From: Candidatus Nomurabacteria bacterium
GTDB lineage: Bacteria; Patescibacteriota; Minisyncoccia; Phycocordibacterales; UBA918
Assembly: GCA_023898525.1 (NCBI GenBank)
Contig: CP060227.1
Location: 645,836 to 709,835, forward strand
DNA length: 64,000 nt
Reading direction: 5' to 3'
A model generated the notes under the pieces. That model was not told the DNA's origin, ran no database searches, and saw only the letters and a program-made list of their open reading frames with translations. Position 1 is the first letter of the stretch, and the number at the start of each line of letters is the position of its first letter. A program made the position numbers and the translations under genes. Below, one piece after another: positions 27,321 to 36,532 of this stretch.

Positions 27321-27785
27321 TGAACTAGTCTACCACTTTGTTTTCCCTGTGAAATACAGAAGAAAGATATTTACCGAAGAAAACGAACCAACCCTGAAGG
27401 AGTTAGCTTTGGAATTAGAAAAACGTTACGAACTCCACTTTTTAGAGATAGGTATAGATAAAGATCATGTTCACTTTCTTATCCAAGCAATTCCAAGCTA
27501 TGCTCCTTCGTATATTGCCAATACTGTTAAAGGAAACATTACTAAACGTTTTTTCTTGGCTCATCCAGAGGTAAAGATCTTTCTCTGGGGTGGTAACCTT
27601 TGGACTGATGGCTATTACGTTAATACTGTCGGTAACGCTAATATGTCTATTGTTAAAAACTACGTACAGAATCAAGGTTTACCTGAATACAAACAATTAC
27701 ACCACCAAACTCTCTCGTTGTTTTAACTTAAAACTCTCTTCATGTGCCACTGATACCCCGTGTCTTCAGGCCGGGGTAGTTCATT
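27229..27785 (+). mobile_element. IS200/IS605-family insertion sequence, copy B (identical to 20690-21246)
   Basis: 557-bp exact duplicate including both terminal hairpins. Confidence 0.8.
27286..27726 (+). CDS. tnpA: IS200/IS605 family transposase TnpA
   Basis: Identical to 20747-21187. Confidence 0.85.
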   Translation: MSPIIKKSHSASELVYHFVFPVKYRRKIFTEENEPTLKELALELEKRYELHFLEIGIDKDHVHFLIQAIPSYAPSYIANTVKGNITKRFFLAHPEVKIFLWGGNLWTDGYYVNTVGNANMSIVKNYVQNQGLPEYKQLHHQTLSLF

Positions 27786-28149
27786 GGTTAGATGCCTGAA
27801 AACAAATGCCACAGAGGCTTCAAAAACAGATAAAAGAATGCTTGGTACAGTGATTCGTAACATTAAAAGACAGCTTGGTATTCTTCCAGAAGATAAACGA
27901 GTGAACGAGGACATCTTCCATAATGAAATGAAGTTTGGCTATCGGCTTGAAATAAAAGGTTAATTTCTTTTCCATAACATTTCCATATCTTTTCCGTACC
28001 CTTTCGAGGGTCTTTTTTATATCGTGCTGGCATGAGTTTCAGCCAAGGATTAGTAGAACAGTACCAGCGATACATGGAACGTCGTTGTGGGGTTTGTATT
28101 ACTCACGAACAGGCGCAGCTACACCTTGCTTCCTTAGCACGACTCTATA

Positions 28150-28262
28150 CAGCAATTTCTTTTTCGCAAGACTCTGGCGGTGGTCGCGTGCGGCTTTCGC
28201 CTCACCCTCACCCCGAGGCGGGGTGAGGCGAAAGGCCGCGTCGCGGCCTTTCTGCGCAGCAG
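28150..28262. promoter_or_regulatory. GC-rich nested inverted repeats upstream of Rep: candidate rolling-circle origin
   Basis: cctcaccctcaccccgaggcggggtgagg and ggccgcgtcgcggcc hairpins in an otherwise AT-rich locus, 40-150 nt upstream of the HUH Rep start. Confidence 0.35.
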
Positions 28263-28303
28263 AAAGTGACTTGATTTTATATACACATAGTTCGACATCA
28301 TTT

Positions 28304-29146
28304 ATGAGTAGACCACGCACCAGTCATTACAAAATTGTTATTTCAGGACACATTGTTGAGGCAATGCAGTATGCCAAAGCAGTTGGCTACAGTCTTGAGT
28401 CAAGTAAAAAGCAGGCACCGTATCGCAAACGACGAGCTTTAGCTGAGCAAGAGATAACGGCTAGTTCACTCAGTCGGACAAAGAACAGGCTAATTCGATT
28501 GGTGAACGCTAATTGTTTTATGTGGACTGATATAGACGGACAGATAATTAAACCGCAGTTTCTGACCTACACTATCCACGAAAATATTAAGACAGTTGAA
28601 CAAGCTAACCCGCTTTTCACCAACTACATCAAACGACTGAATTACCATACCTACGGCACTAAAGCATCGGTAATTAAATACGTGGTTGTGCCTGAGTTTC
28701 AAAAACGTGGGGCAGTTCACTATCATGCAGTGTTCTTTAACCTGCCTATGATTAACTCGAGGAGAGAATATAAAACGGGTGAGTTTGCAAAAGTTTGGGA
28801 ACATGGATATATCAAAAAACGAAACATAAGCAAAGTACCAAATGTTGGTTTGTATATGACTAAGTATATGACCAAAGATGCCATGGATAGACGACTAGTT
28901 GGCAGAAAGAAATATTTTTCTAGTCGAGGCTTGTTAAAACCAGAGGTAATTACCTATGAACATTTAGCGGGGGATATGATGGACTACTTGTCAGAACTAA
29001 AACCAATGCACGCTTATATCACGTCACCTAATGATGAACGTCCGTTTGTTGAGAACCCTACTTTTTGCGCGACATACAATCTATCCACTGAACAGTTGCA
29101 TGATTTACGAAATTTCTATACCCTCGATAGTGCTAACTTAAGGTAG
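28304..29146 (+). CDS. HUH-superfamily rolling-circle replication initiator (Rep)
   Basis: HUH motif GAVHYHAVFFN and Tyr motif GLYMTKYMTKD (YxxKY). Start set to MSRPRT (28304); the upstream extension of the ORF spans the GC palindromes. Confidence 0.7.
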   Translation: MSRPRTSHYKIVISGHIVEAMQYAKAVGYSLESSKKQAPYRKRRALAEQEITASSLSRTKNRLIRLVNANCFMWTDIDGQIIKPQFLTYTIHENIKTVEQANPLFTNYIKRLNYHTYGTKASVIKYVVVPEFQKRGAVHYHAVFFNLPMINSRREYKTGEFAKVWEHGYIKKRNISKVPNVGLYMTKYMTKDAMDRRLVGRKKYFSSRGLLKPEVITYEHLAGDMMDYLSELKPMHAYITSPNDERPFVENPTFCATYNLSTEQLHDLRNFYTLDSANLR

Positions 29147-29149
29147 CGT

Positions 29150-30614
29150 ATGAAATACATCCTTTATTGTCGAAAATCACAAGAGTCAGAGGATAGACAA
29201 GTGCAGTCACTTGAGGCGCAAGAGCGTGAACTGAATGACTTTGCTAAACGTCATAGTTTGGACATTGTTGGTGTGTATCATGAGAGTCGGTCTGCTAAGA
29301 CGGTCGGTCGTCCAGTATTCAATGAGGTGATTAAGAAAATACAATCAGGCAAGGCTGATGGTTTGCTTTGTTGGAAACTAGACCGCTTAGCGCGTAATTT
29401 CATAGATGGTGGGCTTGTCATTGACCTATTGCAGCACTCAGTCATTAAAAGTATTCAAACCCCTGCTAAAGAATATCTACCAACTGACCCTGTATATCTG
29501 ATGGTGTTTGAGCTTGGCGTGGCTAATCAATTTTCTCGCGACCTGTCTGAAAACGTAAAGCGTGGCAATCGTGAGAAAATTCGCAATGGTGGCTGGCCTG
29601 GATTAGCACCTTTTGGTTATCTAAACGATAAGGCAGAGAAAACGCTTTATGTTGACCCCGACCGTGGGCCATACGTACAGCAGATGTATGAACTCTACGC
29701 CACTGGTTTGTATAGTCTTAAAGAGCTGTCCAATGAGCTTTATGAGCGAGGATTACGCACCAAGCAAGGCAACAAAGTCCATTGCGGTACCATCAGACAT
29801 ATTTTGCGTAACCCAATGTATCACGGCGTGATTCGCTACCGTGGCAGCTATTACCCAGCTAACTTTACTAGCATTACCACCAAAGACCTTGTACGACAAA
29901 AGCATGAACGTCATGGACGGTAGTGCAAAACCGCGGAAGCAAAAGCACCTCTTTCCCTTAACTGGATTGTTTACCTGTGGTGTCTGCGGATATGCCGTGA
30001 CCGCAGAGAAACAAAAAGGTTACACGTACTACCACTGCACTAACGGCAAGGGAATTTGTGACCAAAAGAAACTATTCATTCGTGAGGAAAAACTTGATGA
30101 GCAACTGGCACCAATCTTTGATGATGTTGCATTTGACGAGGAACTAATTGAAATGATGTATCAGGCGGCACTTGAGCAAATGGAACATGACGACCAGTTC
30201 AACACCGCAGCTATTGAGAAACTAGAAAAGGAATTGGCCGCAATCAAACTAAAAGATAATCGCTTACTTGATGCTTTCTTAGCTGAAAATATTGAAAAGG
30301 ATATTTACGATGCAAAACAGGCAGAAATAAAGCATGAACGGATTGCACTAGAGAAACAATTAGCTGGAATGCGCCAAAATCACCAAAACCCCTACGCAAC
30401 TATCGAACGGGCAAAAGAGTTGTTTTTGTTTAGTAATAGAGCCAAATCTGAGTATGCGAATGCCGTTCCTGAGCGAAAACAAGAAATCGCTTATGAGTTA
30501 CTATCGAACGCTTTACTGAAAGACCGAAAAATGGCTCAACCACAACTTAAAAGCCCTTACGATATGCTCGCAAGGACTCCTAAGAATGCTGATTTTGCAA
30601 TTATGTGCGGGTGA
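29150..30614 (+). pseudogene. large serine recombinase with apparent frameshift near 29860-29900; 3' end overlaps tRNA-Gly
   Basis: 29150-29923 encodes the resolvase catalytic domain (YCRKSQESEDRQVQSLEAQ...LDRLARN) and recombinase domain; the zinc-ribbon/coiled-coil part (HLFPLTGLFTCGVCGY..., LFDKV-like TLYDKSMNVMDGSAKPRK) is in a different frame (29841-30614). The TGA stop at 30612-30614 lies inside the tRNA-Gly 3' end. Confidence 0.6.
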
Positions 30615-30676
30615 GAAGAATCGAACTCCCGACTACTGCTTGGAAGGCAGTCGTTTTACCACTAAACTACACCCGC
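30606..30676 (-). tRNA. tRNA-Gly (anticodon TCC)
   Basis: Reverse complement GCGGGTG-TA-GTTT-AGTGGTA-AAAC-G-ACTGC-CTTCCAA-GCAGT-AGTC-GGGAG-TTCGATT-CTTCT-CACCCGC-A folds as a 71-nt cloverleaf with U33 and anticodon UCC; no encoded CCA. Confidence 0.8.
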
Positions 30677-30765
30677 AAATATACATTTCATTTTTTCCTC
30701 TTTTGCGTGAGAAACTATAGCATTTTTATCCTAAAATTTCCACAAAACCTGATATACTTGTCTCT

Positions 30766-31851
30766 ATGCATTATCTTGTCGACCTGGTTACGGCTGTACT
30801 TGTAGGATACTTGGCGTTTACTAATTTTTTGGCAGATAAACTAGAGGTTGTCTTTTTGGCTTCTGAGGAGATTACTATCCCGATAGAATATGGAGGAGAA
30901 ATCACCCTTCCCTCTTTACCAGCTCCGATTGAAGAGGCTGGCTTGTCCGATCTTCTTTTAAAGAGTAAAGAATACCAGCAAGCGGCAACGATCGGCTCAA
31001 GTGTTAATCGTACTATTACCGACCCAGCAAAAGCTCTGGTTAATATTTATTGTACATTTACCAGCTCTAGCACTATACGTACCACTACCGGTACCGGATT
31101 TTTTGTTCACAGTGATGGTGTCATTATGACCAATGCGCATGTAGCTCAATATTTATTGCTTGATGACACAGATTTATTTGGTGAAGCAGAATGTTTAATC
31201 CGCACTGGTAACCCTGCTAAAGCTGAGTATGTCGCCGAGTTGCTTTATATATCCCCGAGCTGGATACAAAAGAACGCCAGCACCATCGATTCCTCGTCTC
31301 CGAATGGTACAGGAGAGCGTGATTATGCTCTTTTGTATGTTACGAAGTCGATCACAAATACACCTTTACCGGCAAGGTTCCCAGCCTTGGCGGTTAATAT
31401 TGATTTACTGCCGGTCAGTTATCGGGGGCATAAAGTTCAGGCGGGTGGTTATCCGGCCACAGATCTATTAAATGGTGATACGAATAGCCCGCTTATACCT
31501 AAAATAGCTTCAACAACCGTTTCAGAGCTTTACACCTTCGGATCTAACTATGCTGATGTCTTTTCGGTTCGCGGTAGCGTGGTCGGGGCGGCGGGTTCCT
31601 CTGGTGGTCCAATCGTAGACGTAGACGGACGGGTTGTGGGTATGATTGTAACGCGTGGTGATGATAGTATTGATGGAGCCGGCAGCCTCAGGGCTATTAC
31701 CCTTTCACATATTCACCGAACCATAATGGACGAGACTGGATTTTCATTGGCCAGAAATCTTGGCGGTAATCTAGAACAGCGTTCGTTGATTTTTTCACAG
31801 ACATTAGCTCCTTTTTTGGTCAGAATACTTTCTGAGGAAATTAGTCACTAA
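30766..31851 (+). CDS. trypsin-like (S1 family) serine protease, membrane-anchored
   Basis: His active-site region TGTGFFVHSDGVIMTNAHVAQ and Ser active-site GSSGGPIVDVDGRVVGMIV; N-terminal hydrophobic anchor. Confidence 0.7.
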   Translation: MHYLVDLVTAVLVGYLAFTNFLADKLEVVFLASEEITIPIEYGGEITLPSLPAPIEEAGLSDLLLKSKEYQQAATIGSSVNRTITDPAKALVNIYCTFTSSSTIRTTTGTGFFVHSDGVIMTNAHVAQYLLLDDTDLFGEAECLIRTGNPAKAEYVAELLYISPSWIQKNASTIDSSSPNGTGERDYALLYVTKSITNTPLPARFPALAVNIDLLPVSYRGHKVQAGGYPATDLLNGDTNSPLIPKIASTTVSELYTFGSNYADVFSVRGSVVGAAGSSGGPIVDVDGRVVGMIVTRGDDSIDGAGSLRAITLSHIHRTIMDETGFSLARNLGGNLEQRSLIFSQTLAPFLVRILSEEISH

Positions 31852-31964
31852 TTCACAGTTTTTATTTGATGTTACATTTAAGTGACGTTAACATACATGT
31901 CTACATAACTTTTGTTATAAGTTATGTGTGTGTTCTTTTAAACAATTGATCATTGTTTTAAGGA

Positions 31965-31995
31965 AACCGCGAGTATTTTAGTACTCGCGGTTTTC
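31965..31995. terminator. bidirectional terminator between protease and glutamine amidotransferase genes
   Basis: aaaccgcgagta-ttttag-tactcgcggtttt. Confidence 0.6.
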
Positions 31996-32778
31996 CTATT
32001 GTGTTGTGCCTACATGCTTAAATTCGTCCGATTTCACTCTGTTTGCCACCATTTTACTAAAATTAAACAGTATCTTATTTGACTGTATGTCGTCTTTAAA
32101 TATTTCTTCTACAGCCGCACCGTCTGGTAAATACCCAGGAGATTCTTTTATTCTTCCCATCATATCGCCATAGGTTAGTTCTGGGTGAAATTGTACGGTG
32201 TAAATATTTTTCTTGTAGCGTAGTGCTGAAACTTCACACTTATCACCCCCGCTCATTAATAATACTGCGTTATCTGGAATCCGATCCAGTATATCTTTGT
32301 GCGCATAATGAGCATCAAAGGTATCAGGTAAATCAGTAAATAAAAAATACTCATTCTTATCAACTAAAAGCTTAACTTGGTGTGTACATGTCTTTTTCTG
32401 TTGTTCTGAGTAGCACACTTGGGCCCCGGCAAAAGCGCCTAGCAACTGATGTCCATAACAGATACCAAGGGTTGGGATATCATTATCAAAAATATATTGA
32501 AACAGTGGTCGTAATTGACCTAAAAGTTCGTAAGAAATACGTCTTTTTTCATCGTCTTCACAGCGATTACCATCAAAATCAAATTCTCCGGAACCACCCA
32601 AAATAACCCCATCATAGCCAGACATTATGACTTCCGGAAAATTCCAGTCGATAGTCTTATCTAGAGCGTCAATAAAGTCTACGTCTGTATTCCCTTTTAT
32701 TTCACGCCGTATACAAGTCTGCTCCTGCTCAATTGAAGCTTGGTTTTTTCTGAATTGTATACTAAGGATTTTTTTCAT
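31996..32778 (-). CDS. class I glutamine amidotransferase-like protein
   Basis: GATase1 catalytic Cys motif DIPTLGICYGHQLL and His region VQFHPE. Confidence 0.7.
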   Translation of the reverse strand: MKKILSIQFRKNQASIEQEQTCIRREIKGNTDVDFIDALDKTIDWNFPEVIMSGYDGVILGGSGEFDFDGNRCEDDEKRRISYELLGQLRPLFQYIFDNDIPTLGICYGHQLLGAFAGAQVCYSEQQKKTCTHQVKLLVDKNEYFLFTDLPDTFDAHYAHKDILDRIPDNAVLLMSGGDKCEVSALRYKKNIYTVQFHPELTYGDMMGRIKESPGYLPDGAAVEEIFKDDIQSNKILFNFSKMVANRVKSDEFKHVGTTQ

Positions 32779-32845
32779 GATAAAAATAAATTATAAACAA
32801 AAGTTGTGGTTGCGTAAAATCAAGGACTCTAAGTGACTGTTAAAA

Positions 32846-32880
32846 CAAAAGAACCGACCTAAAGGTCGGTTCTTTTGTTT
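32846..32880 (-). terminator. intrinsic terminator after MscS-family gene
   Basis: aaaagaaccgacc-taaa-ggtcggttctttt. Confidence 0.6.
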
Positions 32881-33055
32881 AAAGTATTCTAGCTACCTAC
32901 ACGCCAACCGACCAGCTTGTGTAGCTGAAAATCCAAAAGAGCACAATAGCAATAACTTGCTTTACTTCTGTATTTGGAACGGTTGTGGCAATAGCTTGCA
33001 TAATTTCAAGTATAATCAGTTTTAGTTTACTGTCAATTTTTGCTCAAAATAAAAC

Positions 33056-34165
33056 TTAGGTAATAGACTTTGTCAAAATAGTCTGGGTTGGGTAAGCAAA
33101 TTCTATCCCTAGCTTTTGGAAGCGCTCCATCAAAGAGAAGTTGAATATTTGTTGCACATTAAGGTAATCGTTGTGGTCTGGTGATTCAATGTAATAAACA
33201 ATCTCAAAGGTTAAAGAAAAATCGCCAAAGGTAGTGAAGTGGACTCTGTCTAATCTACCACCTTCCAGATTATTAAATATCTCTATCACTTCGGTTTCAA
33301 TTTGCTTTAATTTCCCGAGCGGTGTTTCATAAAGTACACCAATTTTGGTCACTATGCGGCGCTCCTGCATTTTCTTGTAGTTATTTACTCGGGCGGAAGT
33401 CAGCTCCATGTTGGAAATAACTAGTTCCTCTCCTTGTAGAGTCTTTATTCTGGTTGATTTGACGCCAATCTTTTGAATGGTACCAGAGTCGTTTCCTACT
33501 ACCACGAAGTCCCCAATCCGGAACGGTCGGTCCAAGTAAATAGAGAATGAAGCAAAAAGGTCAGATAAAATTCCCTGCAAGGCCAAAGCGACGGCCAAAC
33601 CGCCTATACCTAAGCCGGCCAAGAGTGAGGTAACCTCAATTCCTAGGTTAGAAAGTATAAATAGTATACCTAGTACCCATAGTATGATCCGTGCTGCCAG
33701 ATCCACCATATGAGAAGCGGTGGCTGATCCCGGATCTACTTCCCCATCACCGTCATTGTCTCTCTCTAGAAAGCGTGAAGAAAAGTAGCTCACAAATTTA
33801 AGAGCAATTTCTATCAACTGCCAGACGACTGCAAATAGAAAGACCGCGGTAATTGTTTTATCAAACCAATTTGGTACAGAAACCATTTGTAAGGCGAAGA
33901 ATAGCGAGGCGATAGTATAGACCCAGACTCTGATTCCCTGCACGGCAGCGATAACCACATCATCGATATCGGTGCCGGTCTTGCTTGAAAGTTTATGCAA
34001 ATGCTTTATCACTACATTGCGTATTACCCAAAAAGCAAGGGTGAGAACTATAAAAACAATAAAAGCCGCCAACCAAGAACCAACTTGTAGCTCACCTAAT
34101 ACAGGTAGAGTGTAGGTGGCATTGGACAGGGAGGCTAAAAAATTATTGGTATCAAACGGGTTCAT
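33056..34165 (-). CDS. mechanosensitive ion channel (MscS family) protein
   Basis: Multiple N-terminal TMs, then LGIGGLAVALALQGILSDLFASFSIYLDRPFRIGDFVVVGNDSGTIQKIGVKSTRIKT, the MscS TM3/beta-domain signature. Confidence 0.85.
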   Translation of the reverse strand: MNPFDTNNFLASLSNATYTLPVLGELQVGSWLAAFIVFIVLTLAFWVIRNVVIKHLHKLSSKTGTDIDDVVIAAVQGIRVWVYTIASLFFALQMVSVPNWFDKTITAVFLFAVVWQLIEIALKFVSYFSSRFLERDNDGDGEVDPGSATASHMVDLAARIILWVLGILFILSNLGIEVTSLLAGLGIGGLAVALALQGILSDLFASFSIYLDRPFRIGDFVVVGNDSGTIQKIGVKSTRIKTLQGEELVISNMELTSARVNNYKKMQERRIVTKIGVLYETPLGKLKQIETEVIEIFNNLEGGRLDRVHFTTFGDFSLTFEIVYYIESPDHNDYLNVQQIFNFSLMERFQKLGIEFAYPTQTILTKSIT

Positions 34166-34285
34166 AAATATGTGTAATATAAAAATTGAGTGTTAATTTA
34201 GTAACCCTAGCAAATACCAATAAAAATAACAACAAGCCACATCTTGTTGCTGATGTGGCCTTGGTTTAATTTAGTATAAGGGTTT

Positions 34286-34495
34286 TTAGTATGACTTCTT
34301 GACTTTCACGGGATGATCACTTATTCCTTCATGTTCGAAACATGGAAGTTTACGTTTACAGACACCATTGGTGTCAAAAAGTTTGTCACCTCCTTTTCCG
34401 ACCAGGCCTTGATCTATCTTTTCGTAGGTTTGATCTGAATGATTAAGCACTACACCACTCACAGTTGAATCACCTTTTTTATCTGACATTTGCAT
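34286..34495 (-). CDS. small hypothetical protein
   Basis: 69-aa ORF immediately downstream (minus strand) of repeat module A. Confidence 0.3.
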   Translation of the reverse strand: MQMSDKKGDSTVSGVVLNHSDQTYEKIDQGLVGKGGDKLFDTNGVCKRKLPCFEHEGISDHPVKVKKSY

Positions 34496-34570
34496 TCCCC
34501 TTCTAAAATTATTTAAAGGACTTTCCTCTTACCCCGCAAGGGATAAGTATATTTTCAATCTATAATCGTT

Positions 34571-34680
34571 GTGATTACGGACTGATGAAAAATTTTTGTA
34601 AGAAAATTTTTCATCAGTCAACAATTCCTCTCTACCAGAAACAAAACCGGCCCTTTTTGGGCCGGTTTTGTTTCTGGTTG
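34571..34680. repeat. palindrome + terminator-like hairpin module, copy A
   Basis: ttacg-gactgatgaaaaattttt-gtaa-gaaaatttttcatcagtc-aacaa (34579-34618), then ccagaaacaaaaccggccc-ttttt-gggccggttttgtttctgg (34634-34678). Confidence 0.7.
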
Positions 34681-35130
34681 TTCTAAATATATTTTTATAT
34701 ATTTGAACCGACAAACCGACCCTGATCGCTGACAATCCACCCGAGCACGAGAACAATCACTCGCATGGTGCGCTTGAATGAGTAAATGTTTGTCGAATTA
34801 CTCTGCATAAGTTTTAGTATATACCCATAAAGATGAGTGTCAAATATTTTTCCACTGCTTGATTATAAATATAACCGCACATGATCTGGTCGTGTGCGGT
34901 TATTGATTTGATAATATGGGAGTGCCTATTTGTCTCCATGGGTAGTCTCTCGTTGGATTATTTTTTGACGCGTTTCAATAAACTTTGCCATTATTTTTGC
35001 CCTCCTTAATCCTTCGTCAATAGGCTCTGTTGTGTCAGTTGGCAATTGGTTTTGAAATTGGTTAGTATCTTTTTTGTCCATTATCTTCCCCTTAAGTAGG
35101 ATTATATTAAAAGAACTATATTCAGCCGTT

Positions 35131-35240
35131 TGATTACGGACTGATGAAAAATTTTCTTAAGAAAATTTTTCATCAGTCAATAAATTGTGAAGTAGAACAA
35201 AAATCCGGCCAGTGGCCGGATTTTTGTTCTACTTCGCATT
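35131..35240. repeat. palindrome + terminator-like hairpin module, copy B
   Basis: ttacg-gactgatgaaaaattttcttaagaaaatttttcatcagtc-aataa (35139-35178), then gaagtagaacaaaaatccggcc-agtg-gccggatttttgttctacttc (35190-35237). Confidence 0.7.
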
Positions 35241-35392
35241 TTCTTATTTCATTAAAAACAAAACCGACCAGCTCATAAAGCCAATAATAATGCTAATAAT
35301 TGAAATAATTATTTGCGGTATAAAGCTATATGAAATGGTCGCTGTTTTCGCCCTCATCATTACAGTATATTTGGTATGTCTATTAGTGTCAA

Positions 35393-36475
35393 ATATATGT
35401 ACGATCTCACCACCTTTGAGACTCTATCTCATAATGTTCTCTATAATACTCCATGGGCGACAAAAGACCCAGTCCTTCATGCGGTCTCTCATGGTTATAC
35501 CAATACAACCATTCATTCAGTGAATCATTGAAGTCAGGAATACTATCTCGAAGCAGGGATCGGTGATAAATAATGTGTTCTTCTTGAACGGTACGATTGA
35601 ATCGCTCTATATAGGCATTCATCTTAGGACAACGTGGATAAGTGTGATAATGGTTGATGTTAAGAGTTAAACAAGCTTCGTGGAAGTATTTAGCGAATTC
35701 TGAACCATTATCAGTCTGTATCTCATCTATACTAAAAGGGGTATAGTGTATAAGTTGTTTTAGAAAGTCTCGAGCACTATTTGAAGAATGACTGGTATAA
35801 GTACGAGCGTAAGCAAACCGTCTTTCTATGTCTATGGCGGTGAGTATGTACCGTTTAGTGCCATCTATGTGTCTCACGATAGTGTCTATCTCCAAACCTT
35901 GTTTTTGTGGTCTTCTTTGTTTTTTAACCTTGGTTTTTCTTTGTTCTTTGTGTGTACCACTCTTAGCGTACCAAGAGAGCTTAACTGGATTCGGTAGTCT
36001 ACCTAGTTCTTTAAGATCACTGATACAGCGATTAACATAGGAAACTGACACCTTGAATCCTTCCTTCTTCAATAGCGGTACCAGCTTTTTCCCACCAATC
36101 CGTGGTCGCTTAGTACGCCAGTTGATAATAGCTTGCTCTAGTGGTGGTGATATCTGTCTCACTCTTCGTTTCTTAGGAGCAGTACTCTTGGGGTCTAGGG
36201 CTTGGATATTACCATTACTATCATTTAGTTCTTTTTGCCATCTAAATAAAGTTGGTCTAGATACGCCAAAAGCATCTTTGGTGGTATTAGTACCATGTTT
36301 TTGCCAAAACGTGAGTATTTTAACTCTTCTTTCGACCTCCTGTTTGTTTTTCATTGTCTGCCACTTTAGAGCACTATCAGCCGCTTTGGCAAACCCTCTG
36401 GTGTTCCTTAAAATGTTATGTATTCTCATTACTCCTTATTTAAGGAGTCTCATATGTATGTGAGATTATTCAATA
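35393..36475 (-). mobile_element. IS481-family insertion sequence
   Basis: Single 340-aa DDE transposase flanked by imperfect terminal inverted repeats (atctcac...tgagactc motifs at both ends); boundaries approximate. Confidence 0.6.
35407..36429 (-). CDS. IS481-family DDE transposase (integrase core domain)
   Basis: N-terminal HTH, rve core with D(LTAIDIERRF), D(QTDNGSEF), E(YIERFNRTVQEE) spacing. Confidence 0.8.
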   Translation of the reverse strand: MRIHNILRNTRGFAKAADSALKWQTMKNKQEVERRVKILTFWQKHGTNTTKDAFGVSRPTLFRWQKELNDSNGNIQALDPKSTAPKKRRVRQISPPLEQAIINWRTKRPRIGGKKLVPLLKKEGFKVSVSYVNRCISDLKELGRLPNPVKLSWYAKSGTHKEQRKTKVKKQRRPQKQGLEIDTIVRHIDGTKRYILTAIDIERRFAYARTYTSHSSNSARDFLKQLIHYTPFSIDEIQTDNGSEFAKYFHEACLTLNINHYHTYPRCPKMNAYIERFNRTVQEEHIIYHRSLLRDSIPDFNDSLNEWLYWYNHERPHEGLGLLSPMEYYREHYEIESQRW

Positions 36476-36532
36476 TAAAAAAGAAAGCCGCGAGATAAAT
36501 TCGCGGCTAAAAAGATACTGCAACACAATTGA

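Larger units (their letters stand above)
22792..30605. mobile_element. putative integrated element at tRNA-Gly(TCC): serine recombinase, HUH Rep, IS200, CYTH/methyltransferase/Tmk/DUF2726 cargo
   Basis: Recombinase gene fused onto the tRNA 3' end at one border; the tRNA's companion structured element is displaced to the other border; Rep and origin-like GC palindromes inside. Boundaries are inferred. Confidence 0.4.

Noticed and set aside
28085-28303. Upstream extension of the Rep ORF and ORFs 28032-28226 and 28099-28320
   Set aside because: The region is a block of GC-rich nested palindromes (origin-like). The Rep-like sequence only begins at MSRPRTSHYK (28304).
35212-35523. 103-aa hydrophobic plus-strand ORF
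   Set aside because: It starts inside the module-B hairpin and runs into the IS481 terminal repeat; probably spurious.
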